This document shows, piece by piece, positions 11,548 through 21,220 of a stretch of DNA of 64,000 nt. The stretch's first letter is position 1. Each line of letters opens with the position of its first letter. The DNA lies in the NCBI GenBank assembly GCA_963665325.3, contig CAXXWS020000002.1:320001-384000 (forward strand). Reading direction: 5' to 3'. The notes beneath the pieces were generated by a model, which saw nothing but the letters and a program-made list of their open reading frames with translations, had not been told where the DNA came from and did not search any database. This stretch comes from Alphaproteobacteria bacterium (GTDB taxonomy: Bacteria > Pseudomonadota > Alphaproteobacteria > Bin95). The position numbers and the translations under genes are program-made.

Positions 11548-12741
11548 ATGCCCACGACGCTTCCGATGAAAGAGCTTTTCGACCTTCCCGAAGGGGTGAT
11601 CTATCTCGACGGTAATTCCCTCGGGCCGCTGCCCAGGGGCGCTATCGAGCGCGCCCGGCATGTGATCGGCCAGCAATGGGGACAGGAACTCATTCGCGCC
11701 TGGAACACGGCCGACTGGATGGCGCTTCCGCAGCATGTGGGCGATCGGATCGCCCGGTTGATCGGCGCGGCGCAATGCTCCGTCGCGACGGGAGACACGC
11801 TGTCGATCAAGGTCTACCAGGCGCTTGCGGCGTCCCTGAAGCTGCGCCCAGGACGCAGGACGATCCTCTCTGACTCGGGCAACTTCCCGTCCGACCTCTA
11901 CATGGCCGAAGGACTGATCCGCACGATCGGCAAGGATTACGAACTGCGCACGCCGGCGCCGGAAGATGTCCTCTACCGGATCGACGAGAATGTGGCGGCG
12001 GTGATGCTGACGCAGGTCGATTACCGCACCGGCCGGATGTACGACATGGCCGCGGTCACGCAGGCTGCCCACGCCGCCGGGGCGGTCATGATCTGGGACC
12101 TTGCCCACAGCGCTGGCGCCGTGCCCATCGACATGGCCGGCAGCCGGGCGGAGTTCGCCGTCGGATGCACCTACAAATACCTGAACGGCGGGCCCGGCGC
12201 CCCGGCCTTCATCCATGTCCAGCCCGATATCGTCGAGGCGGTGGAGCCAGCGCTGGCCGGGTGGCTCGGCCACGATGCACCCTTCGCCATGGAGCCCTCC
12301 TACCGCCCCGCCATGTCAACCGAGCGCCTCCGGGTCGGCACGCCGCCCATCGTGCAGCTCGCCATCCTGGACCGGGCGCTGGATGTGTGGGAGGGCGTCG
12401 ATATGGCGGACATCCGCGCGGCCTCGATTGCGCTGTCCGAACTGTTCATCGCCGAGGTCGAGGCCCGCTGCCCCGGCCTCGCGCTCGCCTCGCCGCGCAA
12501 TCCGGCCGAACGCGGCTCGCAGGTGTCCTTCGCCTTCGAGCACGGCTATCCCGCCATGCAGGCGCTGATCGACCGCGGCGTGATCGGGGACTTCCGCGCT
12601 CCCGACATCATGCGGTTCGGCTTCACACCCCTCTATATCGACGAGGCGGATGTGCTCGCAGCCGCCGAAACCCTCGAAACCGTGATCGCCCGGGAATTCT
12701 GGCGCGATCCGAAATATCAGACCCGCTCGCGGGTGACATGA
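11548..12741 (+). CDS. kynU: Kynureninase
   Basis: YLDGNSLG, WDLAHSAGA, GCTYKYLNGGPG, RGSQVS. Confidence 0.97.
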   Translation: MPTTLPMKELFDLPEGVIYLDGNSLGPLPRGAIERARHVIGQQWGQELIRAWNTADWMALPQHVGDRIARLIGAAQCSVATGDTLSIKVYQALAASLKLRPGRRTILSDSGNFPSDLYMAEGLIRTIGKDYELRTPAPEDVLYRIDENVAAVMLTQVDYRTGRMYDMAAVTQAAHAAGAVMIWDLAHSAGAVPIDMAGSRAEFAVGCTYKYLNGGPGAPAFIHVQPDIVEAVEPALAGWLGHDAPFAMEPSYRPAMSTERLRVGTPPIVQLAILDRALDVWEGVDMADIRAASIALSELFIAEVEARCPGLALASPRNPAERGSQVSFAFEHGYPAMQALIDRGVIGDFRAPDIMRFGFTPLYIDEADVLAAAETLETVIAREFWRDPKYQTRSRVT

Positions 12742-12856
12742 AACGGGAACAGGCCCGCACTCAAGCCGAATGGGGAATGCCCGCTCACGAAGCCGCGGAT
12801 TGCGGTTGGCGGTGGAGCATGAAATTGTTGCCGCAGGAATTTCGGGGGAGGCCGCG

Positions 12857-13579
12857 ATGAGCTTGGCAAGCGTTAAGGCTCTGACTTTCGACACGGGTGG
12901 GACCATTCTCGACTGGCATTCCGGCGTTAAGGGCGCATTGGCAAAGACCGGCGCCAGGCACGGGATCGAGAAGAATTGGGTTCATATTGCCAACGAGTTC
13001 CGGCGCCGCTCGCTGGGGAAGATGATCAATCTGGGCGAAAGGGAACCGCCGGCTTACAACATCGACGACGCCCACCGGATGGCGCTGGAGAGCCTCGTCG
13101 AGGAGCACGGACTCGACGCCTTCACCGAGGACGAGCGCCACGCGATTTGTTACGACACGATGCATAACTTGCAGTGCTGGCCCGATTTTCCGGGTATCCT
13201 GCCGAAGCTTCGCGAGAACTTCCTGTGCGCGTCATTCACGATCCTCAGCTTCCGGACCATCATGGACACGGCCAGGCGCAACGGGCTTGGCTGGGACGCC
13301 GTCTTCTCTTGCGAGGCGATCGGCAAGTACAAAATCCTGCCGGAAGCCTACAAAGCCGTCGCGAAGTTCCTGCAGCTGGAACCGGGTGAAATATGCATGG
13401 TGGCCTGCCACAATTTCGACCTCGATGCTGCGAAGGGCTGCGGCTTCAGAACCGCGTTCGTCAAGCGGCCCGACGAGTGGGGCCCTGAAGGCCCGCCCGA
13501 CCGGGACCCGAATCCGACCCACGACATCGTCGCGGACAGTTTCCCCGACATGGCGCGACAATTGGGCGTGGTCATCTAA
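12857..13579 (+). CDS. HAD family hydrolase (haloacid dehalogenase type II-like)
   Basis: FDTGGTILDW, MVACHNFDL motifs. Confidence 0.88.
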   Translation: MSLASVKALTFDTGGTILDWHSGVKGALAKTGARHGIEKNWVHIANEFRRRSLGKMINLGEREPPAYNIDDAHRMALESLVEEHGLDAFTEDERHAICYDTMHNLQCWPDFPGILPKLRENFLCASFTILSFRTIMDTARRNGLGWDAVFSCEAIGKYKILPEAYKAVAKFLQLEPGEICMVACHNFDLDAAKGCGFRTAFVKRPDEWGPEGPPDRDPNPTHDIVADSFPDMARQLGVVI

Positions 13580-13638
13580 CCCGTCCGAGGTCGCCCAAAT
13601 GCTGTGGGCGGTTCGCCTGGGTCGCGTCCCCGAACGCC

Positions 13639-14613
13639 TTACCCCCGCCACACCTCTCCCAGAAAGCGCAGCCAGTTTTCGCCGGCGATCTTCTCGATCC
13701 TTGCGTCCGTCCAGCCGGCGCGGTCCATGGCGGCGATGAGGTTCGGGTAGTCGCGCATGCCGTCGAGGCCCTTCGGGTTGGGCGGGCGGTTCGCCATGGG
13801 CGCGGAGAGCGCGCGGCCGCGACCCTTGTCGGAGCGCAGATATTCGAAGAAGCCGACGCCGTGGCCCTGGGTGAAGTCGGTGCCGATGCCGACATTCTCC
13901 TCCCCCGCCACGGAGATGGTGTGGTCGAGCAGCGCTACTACATCGTCCACTGTCGCCTCGCCCTGCTGCGCCATGAAGGGCGTGTAGGCGACGACGCCGG
14001 TGAAGCCGCCCCGGTCGGAGATCAGCTTCAGCATCTCGTCCGGCTTGTTGCGCGGGTGGTCGTAGAGCGTGTTGGGGGCGCAGTGGGTGTAGGCCACAGG
14101 CTGCTTGGAATGCAGGATGGCGTCCCGGCTCGTCCCGTCGCCGACATGGCTGAGATCGACCAGCATGCCGAGCCGGTTCATCTCGTCGATGACATCGCGC
14201 CCGAAATCGGAGAGCCCGCTGTCCCGGCTCTCCCAGCAGCCGGAGCCGACGAGGTTCTGCGTGTTGTAGGTGAGTTGGATCACGCGCACGCCGAGATCGT
14301 GGAAGAGCGGCAGGTAGTCCACCCGGTCCTCGATGGGATAGCTGTTCTGCCAGCCGAGGAAGATCGCGACCTTGCCGGCCGCTTTCGCCGCCCGGATATC
14401 GGCGACGGAGCGGGCCTGGACCAGAATGTCGTCATGGTCGCGGAAATACCCCTGCCAGGCCGCAATGTTGTCCATTGTCTCGCGGAAGTTCTCCCAGACG
14501 GCGCAGGTGCAATTGGCGGCGGTCAGCCCGCCGTCGCGCATTTCCTCGAAGACCTCGCGGCTCCAGTCGGAAACGATCAGTCCGTCCACGATTACAGGGC
14601 TGTCGAGCGGCAT
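13639..14613 (-). CDS. Membrane dipeptidase (peptidase M19) family
   Basis: QLTYN, DLSH, HPRNK, IGTDF, GENWLR. Confidence 0.92.
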   Translation of the reverse strand: MPLDSPVIVDGLIVSDWSREVFEEMRDGGLTAANCTCAVWENFRETMDNIAAWQGYFRDHDDILVQARSVADIRAAKAAGKVAIFLGWQNSYPIEDRVDYLPLFHDLGVRVIQLTYNTQNLVGSGCWESRDSGLSDFGRDVIDEMNRLGMLVDLSHVGDGTSRDAILHSKQPVAYTHCAPNTLYDHPRNKPDEMLKLISDRGGFTGVVAYTPFMAQQGEATVDDVVALLDHTISVAGEENVGIGTDFTQGHGVGFFEYLRSDKGRGRALSAPMANRPPNPKGLDGMRDYPNLIAAMDRAGWTDARIEKIAGENWLRFLGEVWRG

Positions 14614-14655
14614 GGATAACTCTCCCGGATACCGGATGTTCGTGCGGTTATGAAA

Positions 14656-14727
14656 GCGCCGTTGCCGGCGCTGGTATTTGCGTTGGCGCCGTCGCCGGCG
14701 CTGGTCTTTACGTTAGCGCCGTCGCCG
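14656..14727. repeat. 30-bp tandem repeat (about 2.4 copies) duplicating the 3' end of the GFA gene
   Basis: GCGCCGTYGCCGGCGCTGGTMTTTRCGTTR at 14656 and 14686, partial copy at 14716. Confidence 0.75.
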
Positions 14728-15148
14728 ACACCATCGCCGCCGGCGTCCAGCGCAGGCGGCGCCTTGCAAGGCGCTGCTCTTCGTTCTCGTCGTCGTAATG
14801 CGCCGGGGCGGGATCGGGGAAGCCGTCCTGCGGCAGGTCGAGCGTGTTGACGATCAGGGTCGCCAGCAGGCCGTCCGGTTCCTCCACCAGCGCCGAGACA
14901 TAGACGCCGCAAGCCTTGCAGATGAGGAAGTCGGTGATGCCGAGGCCGAAGCGGTAGCGGTCCACATTCGCCTCGTCGGCAATTGCGATTTCCAACAGCC
15001 CTTCGGGATCGCCGGTCGCGCGCACGCCGTGCTTGCGGCAGAAGGTGCACTGGCAGGCCCGGATCGGCCAGTCCGACACGGGCTTCGCCGTGCGGTAGGC
15101 CACGCGGACATTGCCGCAATGGCAGCCGCCCCTGTGAGTCTCCGTCAT
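14708..15148 (-). CDS. GFA/CENP-V family protein
   Basis: GGCHCG, CQCTFCRK, CKACG Zn motifs. Confidence 0.92.
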   Translation of the reverse strand: MTETHRGGCHCGNVRVAYRTAKPVSDWPIRACQCTFCRKHGVRATGDPEGLLEIAIADEANVDRYRFGLGITDFLICKACGVYVSALVEEPDGLLATLIVNTLDLPQDGFPDPAPAHYDDENEEQRLARRRLRWTPAAMVSATALT

Positions 15149-15170
15149 GGCATCCTCTTTCCGAAAAGCG

Positions 15171-16202
15171 TCAGCGCGTTTCCTTGCGGAGCATCGACAG
15201 AACGCGGTCCGCAAGCAAGTCGATGCTGCGCAGCACGAGCCGCTGGTCCATGCCGAGCCACTGGATGCGGGTGACGATGCGGTTGCAGCCGGTCGCCTCC
15301 GAGAGCGAGAGCAGTTCGTCCGCGACCTCTTCCGGCGAGCCCATCACGACCCGCCCGGCGAGCAGTTCGTCGAGGTCGGGCTCGTCCTTGCCGACCCCGC
15401 CAATGGTCCGGAACAGGCCCCACTGTCCAAAGACCCTGTAGCTGGCTTCCAGGAACGGACCGGCCTCGCGGACTGCCGTTTCCCGGTCCGGCGCGACCAC
15501 GATATTGCGCAGCATCGGGAAGCGGGCGGGCATGGGTTTGCCGAGCGCATCGAGCGCCTCGCGGAAGCATTCCGCCTGGCGCCTGACGACATTGCCCACC
15601 AGGTGCGAGGAGGCGACCCAGCTGTCGCCGAGCCTCGTGTCCGCCAGGCGGGCCGCCCGCTCGACCGCCGCTTCGACGCTGCCGCCGAACCACATCGGCG
15701 GCCGCGGCCGGCGTACGGGCCTGAGCGCGAGAGTCAGGTCGTTCGCGGTGAAATGCCGGCCGGCGAAGTTGACGGACCCCTCCGTGAACAGCCGCCGGAT
15801 CAGATCGACTCCTTCCAGGTAGCGTCCGATCCGGCGCCCGAAATCCAGCCCCATCAACTCGAACTCGTCCCGCTGCCAGCCGGGCGCCACGCCGAGCGTG
15901 AACCTGCCGCCGGAAACCGCATCGAGCAACGCTGCCTGCTCGGCAATCTGGAACGGATGGTAGAGCGGCAGGATCAGCATGCAGGTGGCGATCTGCATGC
16001 CCTCGGCTTCGGGTGCCAGATGCAGCAGCGTTTCCAGCGGCGGGAACCAGGCGGTATCGCCGTAGGAAAGGTGGTTGCCGATGGCCACGCCCTCGAAGCC
16101 GCCCTCGCGCGCGAGGCGGAGCTGCTCGACATGCTCGGCCATCTTCTCGCCCATATGCGCGTCCGGGCGATGTTCGGCGCTGATGAATAGATGCAGGTCC
16201 AT
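15171..16202 (-). CDS. LLM class flavin-dependent oxidoreductase
   Basis: HPFQIAEQAALLDAVSGGRFTLG. Confidence 0.92.
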   Translation of the reverse strand: MDLHLFISAEHRPDAHMGEKMAEHVEQLRLAREGGFEGVAIGNHLSYGDTAWFPPLETLLHLAPEAEGMQIATCMLILPLYHPFQIAEQAALLDAVSGGRFTLGVAPGWQRDEFELMGLDFGRRIGRYLEGVDLIRRLFTEGSVNFAGRHFTANDLTLALRPVRRPRPPMWFGGSVEAAVERAARLADTRLGDSWVASSHLVGNVVRRQAECFREALDALGKPMPARFPMLRNIVVAPDRETAVREAGPFLEASYRVFGQWGLFRTIGGVGKDEPDLDELLAGRVVMGSPEEVADELLSLSEATGCNRIVTRIQWLGMDQRLVLRSIDLLADRVLSMLRKETR

Positions 16203-16274
16203 GGCGCACCAGATTGGCCCAAAGCGGGGCCGGACGCTACACCTGCGACGCCGCGGCGGAAGGCGGCAGGGTCA

Positions 16275-16427
16275 TTACGGCGCGACGGGGTCCCGAACGA
16301 AATCGGGCGCCTTGCGGCGCCCCTTGCGAGTATAGGCCTTGCGGTTCCGGACCCGTTGCGGGCGCAACGTGCGCAGCGCGCGTGCCATCGGATTGCGCCG
16401 TTTCGGCGGCGGCTTCCGCTTGCGCAT
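16275..16427 (-). CDS. Small basic protein, ArfA-like (putative alternative ribosome-rescue factor)
   Basis: MRKRKPPPKRRNPMARALRTLRPQRVRNRKAYTRKGRRKAPDFVRDPVAP; resembles the ArfA core (N-A..AL....FRQRV..KK..Y.RKGK). Confidence 0.55.
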   Translation of the reverse strand: MRKRKPPPKRRNPMARALRTLRPQRVRNRKAYTRKGRRKAPDFVRDPVAP

Positions 16428-16459
16428 GGTCCCGGGCCCCGGCCTTGCAGTGCGATAGA

Positions 16460-16534
16460 TGGTGGGCGCGGCTGGGATTGAACCAGCGACCCCTGCCGTG
16501 TGAAGACAGTGCTCTCCCGCTGAGCTACGCGCCC
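16460..16534 (-). tRNA. tRNA-Val(CAC)
   Basis: GGGCGCG acceptor stem, TAGCTCAG D-arm, CTGTC-TTCACAC-GGCAG anticodon arm, GGTTCAATCC T-loop, encoded CCA. Confidence 0.97.
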
Positions 16535-16570
16535 GGAGGTCGGATCGTCTAGGCAGAGCGCGTCTGCCTG

Positions 16571-17710
16571 TCAAGCGCCGGCCCAGGGGTCGTCGAGGTC
16601 CAGGAGCGCGTTGTCGCCGCCGAGGCCGGGCGCGGGCGCGCGCACCGCCGGGCGCCGGCCGTCGAAGGAAATCGGCAGCGCCAGCGCCTGCATGCCTTCC
16701 CGCTCGGGCACGTCCACGATCATGTCGAGCGCCTGAACCTGCGGCTCCTCCAACGCTTCGACCATATTGTTGACCGGAGACGCAGGCACGCCTGCGGCCT
16801 CGAAGACTTCCATCCATTCTCGCACGGTGCCTTCGCTGAGGAACGCCTGCATATCCCTGACGATCTCCTCCCGCCGTTCCATGCGGGCGGCATTGCCTTC
16901 GAACGCCGCGCTCTCGGCCCAGTCCGCCCGCCCGAGCGCCCGCCCGAGGCGCTTGAAGAGCCGGTCGGTCGCAGCAGTAATCAGCAACCGCCCGTCCGCC
17001 GCGTCGAAGGCCTCGAACACGACCACGCGGGGGCTGCCGGTCGGATGGCGCACGGGCCGGAGCCCCGTTGCCATGTGCGAGACGAACTGCGTGGTCAGCA
17101 GGAACATGGCCGTCTCGAGCAGCGAGGTGTTGACCACGACGCCCTTCCCCGTCTTCTCCCGCTGGCGCAATCCCGCAAGTGCGCCGAGGGCCGTCCAGAG
17201 CCCGGTGCCCAGATCGCAAACCGCCGCCCCCAACCGCATCGGGTCGCCGTCGGGGTCGCCGGTATTGTCCATCAGGCCGGAGAACGCCTGGAAGAGGACC
17301 TCGAAGCCGGGGTCGAGGCGCTTCGGCCCCTTGTGGCCGAACGCGCCCATGTCGCAATAGACGAGGCGCGGATTCTCGCGGAGCAGCGTTTCCGGGTCCA
17401 GCCCGAGCTTTGCCGTGACGCCTGGGCGGAGATTCTGGACGAACACATCCGCGCCGCGCACCAGCTTCATCAGGCCCGCGCGGCCCTCTTCCCGCGTGAG
17501 GTCGAGCGACACCGACCGCTTGGACCGGTTGACGCCGTGGAAGGTGGGCGCCGCGCCGAACCAGACCGGCGGCGTCCAGCGGCGCGACTCATCGCCTTCC
17601 GGACGCTCGACCTTGATGACGTCGGCCCCGAGCTCCGCCAGCACCTGCCCGACGACCGGGCCGGCGATGATCTGCGCGAGCTCGACGACGCGCACTCCCT
17701 TGAGCGGCAT
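16571..17710 (-). CDS. CaiB/BaiF class III CoA-transferase
   Basis: LGADVIKVERPEGD, NRSKRS, NLRPG. Confidence 0.93.
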   Translation of the reverse strand: MPLKGVRVVELAQIIAGPVVGQVLAELGADVIKVERPEGDESRRWTPPVWFGAAPTFHGVNRSKRSVSLDLTREEGRAGLMKLVRGADVFVQNLRPGVTAKLGLDPETLLRENPRLVYCDMGAFGHKGPKRLDPGFEVLFQAFSGLMDNTGDPDGDPMRLGAAVCDLGTGLWTALGALAGLRQREKTGKGVVVNTSLLETAMFLLTTQFVSHMATGLRPVRHPTGSPRVVVFEAFDAADGRLLITAATDRLFKRLGRALGRADWAESAAFEGNAARMERREEIVRDMQAFLSEGTVREWMEVFEAAGVPASPVNNMVEALEEPQVQALDMIVDVPEREGMQALALPISFDGRRPAVRAPAPGLGGDNALLDLDDPWAGA

Positions 17711-17798
17711 ACGGCATCCCCTCCCGGTTCAGTGGCAGGCCGGCGAACTCGCTGCTTGATGCAAGCCTGCCGGCCGCCTAACTCTACCTTGCAAGAGG

Positions 17799-18281
17799 AT
17801 GGCACATCCGGGGAGAGGGCGCATGTTGGGCAGATGGGCACAGGCAGCCGTGATCGTGTGCATGGCGGGAACAGCGGCTGCCCTGGGCAGCAGCGGCGGC
17901 GGCAGCGACGACAAGTCCGGCCCGCTCGCGGCCATCGAGAAGAAGATCGAGGCCGGCGAATACGAACAGGCGCTCGCCGACCTGGAAATCCATATCGACA
18001 AGAATCGAACCAGCGCCGATGCGTTCAACTGGCTGGGCTACGCCAACCGCAAGCTCGGCCGCTTCGAGAAGGCGCAGAAGGCCTATGCCCGCGCGCTCTT
18101 CCTCGATCCGGACCACAAGGGCGCGCATGAATATGCAGGCGAGCTCAGGCTGTTGCTGGGAGACCTCGAAGGCGCGGAGCGGCATCTGGCGGCGCTCGAC
18201 CGCATCTGCCTGCTCGGCTGCGAGGAATATGACGAGCTGAAGGAGGAAATCGCCGCCTGGAAGAAGGCGAACGGCAAATGA
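17799..18281 (+). CDS. Tetratricopeptide repeat protein, probably exported
   Basis: ADAFNWLGYANRKLG, HKGAHEYAGE TPR motifs; hydrophobic N-terminus; start uncertain. Confidence 0.85.
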   Translation: MAHPGRGRMLGRWAQAAVIVCMAGTAAALGSSGGGSDDKSGPLAAIEKKIEAGEYEQALADLEIHIDKNRTSADAFNWLGYANRKLGRFEKAQKAYARALFLDPDHKGAHEYAGELRLLLGDLEGAERHLAALDRICLLGCEEYDELKEEIAAWKKANGK

Positions 18282-18324
18282 CGCGGGCAGTGCGGCCGGG
18301 GTCGGCGGAGGCTTGCGAACGGGC

Positions 18325-19116
18325 ATGAGTCCGGGTCGCATCGGGGCCATGCTCGGCCGCTATTACTACCTGTTCCGCGGCTCGGTGCCGCGGATGATCG
18401 AGCTTGCCTATTGGCCCATCGTCCAGGTCGTTCTCTGGGGCTTCATCACCAAGTTCTTCCTGGAGCACAGCAGCTGGCTGGTGAATGCAGCCGGCGCGCT
18501 GCTGGCAGGTGTCCTGCTCTGGGACGTGCTGTTTCGCAGCCAGCTCGGGCTCAGCATTTCCTTCCTGGAGGAGATGTGGGCGCGCAATCTCGGCCAGCTC
18601 TTCGCCAGTCCTCTCAGGCCGATGGAACTCATGGCCGCCATGATGCTGGGCAGCCTGCTGCGCACCTCGCTCGGCCTGATGCCGGCGACGCTCGTTGCCT
18701 GGCTGCTGCACGAATACTCGATCTATTCGCTGGGCCTGCCGCTGATCGCGTTCTTCGCCAACCTGATGGTGTTCGGCTGGTCGATCGGGCTTGCCGTCTG
18801 CGCGCTGCTCATCCGCTACGGACTCGCAGCCGAGAGCTTCGCCTGGGCGTCGATCTTCATCCTGGCGCCGCTGAGCGCGGTCTATTACCCGGTCGATGTG
18901 CTGCCGGAGGCCGCGCAGACGATTGCGGCCGTGCTGCCCTCGGCGCATGTCTTCGAGGGGATGCGCGCGGTAATGATCGAAGGCACCTTCCGCACCGACC
19001 TGTTCCTGTGGGCCGTCGGGCTGAACCTCGTCTATATCGCTGTCGGCGCGGCGCTCTTTCTCTACGCCTTCGAGATCGCGCGTCGGCGCGGCCTCATCCT
19101 GCAATCGGGCGAGTAA
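18325..19116 (+). CDS. ABC-2 type transporter permease
   Basis: FLEEMWARNL, YYPVDVLP, 6 TM segments. Confidence 0.9.
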   Translation: MSPGRIGAMLGRYYYLFRGSVPRMIELAYWPIVQVVLWGFITKFFLEHSSWLVNAAGALLAGVLLWDVLFRSQLGLSISFLEEMWARNLGQLFASPLRPMELMAAMMLGSLLRTSLGLMPATLVAWLLHEYSIYSLGLPLIAFFANLMVFGWSIGLAVCALLIRYGLAAESFAWASIFILAPLSAVYYPVDVLPEAAQTIAAVLPSAHVFEGMRAVMIEGTFRTDLFLWAVGLNLVYIAVGAALFLYAFEIARRRGLILQSGE

Positions 19117-19159
19117 GGAGGCGATTGCCGGCCGGTAAACGGGGCATATATATGGCGGC

Positions 19160-20620
19160 GTGGACCGTCGAAAATTTCTAGGCATCGCCGGTAGTGCAAC
19201 CGCAGTCAGCTTGAGTGGCGGGCTGGGCCTGGCGCAGGCGCTTCCCGAGGTCGGCGCCCTGCATCGCCTCCTGGAGGAAACGCCCCGCGAGCGCACCGCC
19301 GCCGAGCTTGCGGCCCTGATCCGGGACGGCCTCGATCATCGCAGGACCCTGACCGCCCTGGCCGTCGCCGCGTCGCGCCGCGTCCGGCCCTTCCCCCATG
19401 TCGGCTTCAAGTACCACACGGTGCTCGCGCTGCAATCCGTCCACCTGACGGCGGTCAACCTGCCGGACAGGGAGCGTTGGCTGCCGGTATTCTGGGCGCT
19501 CGACTATTTCAAGCGCGCCCAGGAGGCGGAGCGCCGCCGGAGCGGCTGGACGATGGGTCCGCCGCCGGCCCCTGCGGTCGGCACGGCGGAGGCGGCCCGG
19601 AAACGCCTGATCGACGCACTGGACCGCTGGGATCTGGAGGCTGTCGATCCGGCTATCCTCGATTTCGCCCGCCTCGCCGCGCCGGGGCAGCTCTCCGAGG
19701 TCCTCTTCAGATACGGCATCCGGGACCTTCGGGCGATCGGCCACAAGACCATCGCGGTGCAGAACGTCCACCGCCTCCTGCCGATCGTCGGGCCCGAATA
19801 TGCGGCCCCCGTGCTTCGCTCGCTCGCCGCGGCGCTCCAGAACCACGGCTACGGCCCGAATCCCGCCACCGGCGACCTGCCTTCCGACCGGACCTGGCGG
19901 GCATTCCAGGCGATGCTGGCAGAAGTCCCGAAGACCTGGAAACAGGGCCGCCAGGACGACGGTGCGCGCAATGAGCTGGTCCGCACGCTGCGCGAGGTCG
20001 AGGAGCTCGACGTGGGCCGGGCGGTGGTCGACCTCCTGAAAGGCGGCGTGTCCACCGACTCGATATGGGAGGCCCTTTTCGCCACGGCTGCGGAGCTGGT
20101 GTTGCGGCGGCCGGCGGTGGTTCCGGTGCATGCCCTGACTTCCGCCAACGCGTTCCACTATGCGTTCCGGCACGCGCGAACCGAAACGACGCAGCTTCTG
20201 GCGCTCTTGCAGTCGGCGGCCTTCATGCCGGCCTTCCGGCGCGGGATCGGCAACAGGCGAGCCGATCTGCGCATCGAGGAGCTGGAGCCTCTCCCGGTCT
20301 CCGGCAGCGGCGCGGAAGCATTGCGCGCGGCATTCTCCGAACTGCCGCAGGACCGCACCTCCGGCGCCCGCAAGGCATTGCACTACCTGCAACGGGACGG
20401 CTCCGCCGACAGGCTCGTCGCCAGCGCCCGCCGGCAACTGGCCCGCAACGGGCGGCGGGCCCATGAATTCAAGTTCACGGAAGCCGCCCTGGAGAACTAC
20501 CGGGAAATGGCGCCCACCGCGTGGCGGGACCGGGTTCTGGCTGCCTCGATGGCATACTTCGTCGGGTCCGCAACGGCGCCGAGCCCCGTCGCCCGGGAAG
20601 CGCTGGAACTGCTCGGTTAG
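19160..20620 (+). CDS. Hypothetical Tat-exported protein with repeated His-containing helical motifs
   Basis: DRRKFL twin-arginine signal ending in AQA; 486-aa ORF. Confidence 0.8.
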   Translation: MDRRKFLGIAGSATAVSLSGGLGLAQALPEVGALHRLLEETPRERTAAELAALIRDGLDHRRTLTALAVAASRRVRPFPHVGFKYHTVLALQSVHLTAVNLPDRERWLPVFWALDYFKRAQEAERRRSGWTMGPPPAPAVGTAEAARKRLIDALDRWDLEAVDPAILDFARLAAPGQLSEVLFRYGIRDLRAIGHKTIAVQNVHRLLPIVGPEYAAPVLRSLAAALQNHGYGPNPATGDLPSDRTWRAFQAMLAEVPKTWKQGRQDDGARNELVRTLREVEELDVGRAVVDLLKGGVSTDSIWEALFATAAELVLRRPAVVPVHALTSANAFHYAFRHARTETTQLLALLQSAAFMPAFRRGIGNRRADLRIEELEPLPVSGSGAEALRAAFSELPQDRTSGARKALHYLQRDGSADRLVASARRQLARNGRRAHEFKFTEAALENYREMAPTAWRDRVLAASMAYFVGSATAPSPVAREALELLG

Positions 20621-20736
20621 CGGCAACTGGCTGCTTCCGGACCGGCGGCGCCGGCATCGGCGGCGGTTTTCCGGGCGCGCTGTCCCTCCCGCCGACTGTG
20701 GACGAAGCGTTCCCGGTGGTGTAGCCAACGGACGCC

Positions 20737-21219
20737 ATGAACCATGACAGCTACACCGACGCCCATCTCAAGGGCGTGCTGGAGAGTGTGCGGACCATCG
20801 CGATGGTGGGTGCCAGCCCCTACTGGAACCGGCCCAGCTATTTCGTGATGAAATACCTCCAGGCGAAGGGCTTTCGCGTGCGCCCCGTCAATCCGGTTGC
20901 CGCCGGTGAGACGATCCTGGGCGAGACCTGCTTCGGCGACCTCGGCGACCTGCCGGAGCCAGTCGACATGGTCGATATCTTCCGGAACTCCGAGGCCGCC
21001 GGCCCGCTTGCCGACCAGGCCGTCGAGATCGACGCGAAGATCGTCTGGATGCAGCTGACCGTCCGCAACGATGCGGCCGCGGAGCGCGCCGAGGCAGCGG
21101 GGCTCACGGTGGTGATGAACCGCTGCCCCAAGATCGAGTATGCCCGCCTCTTCGGCGAGCTTTCCTGGAACGGCTTCAACTCGCGGCGTATCTCGTCCAA
21201 GCGCCGCCGGATCGGGTGA
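20737..21219 (+). CDS. CoA-binding protein (YccU-like)
   Basis: IAMVGAS, PVNP, VDIFR, WMQL, MNRCPKIE. Confidence 0.93.
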   Translation: MNHDSYTDAHLKGVLESVRTIAMVGASPYWNRPSYFVMKYLQAKGFRVRPVNPVAAGETILGETCFGDLGDLPEPVDMVDIFRNSEAAGPLADQAVEIDAKIVWMQLTVRNDAAAERAEAAGLTVVMNRCPKIEYARLFGELSWNGFNSRRISSKRRRIG

Positions 21220-21220
21220 C

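Noticed and set aside
16200-16460. Integrative element at tRNA-Val
   Set aside because: No integrase, and no duplicate of the tRNA 3' end found in the window.
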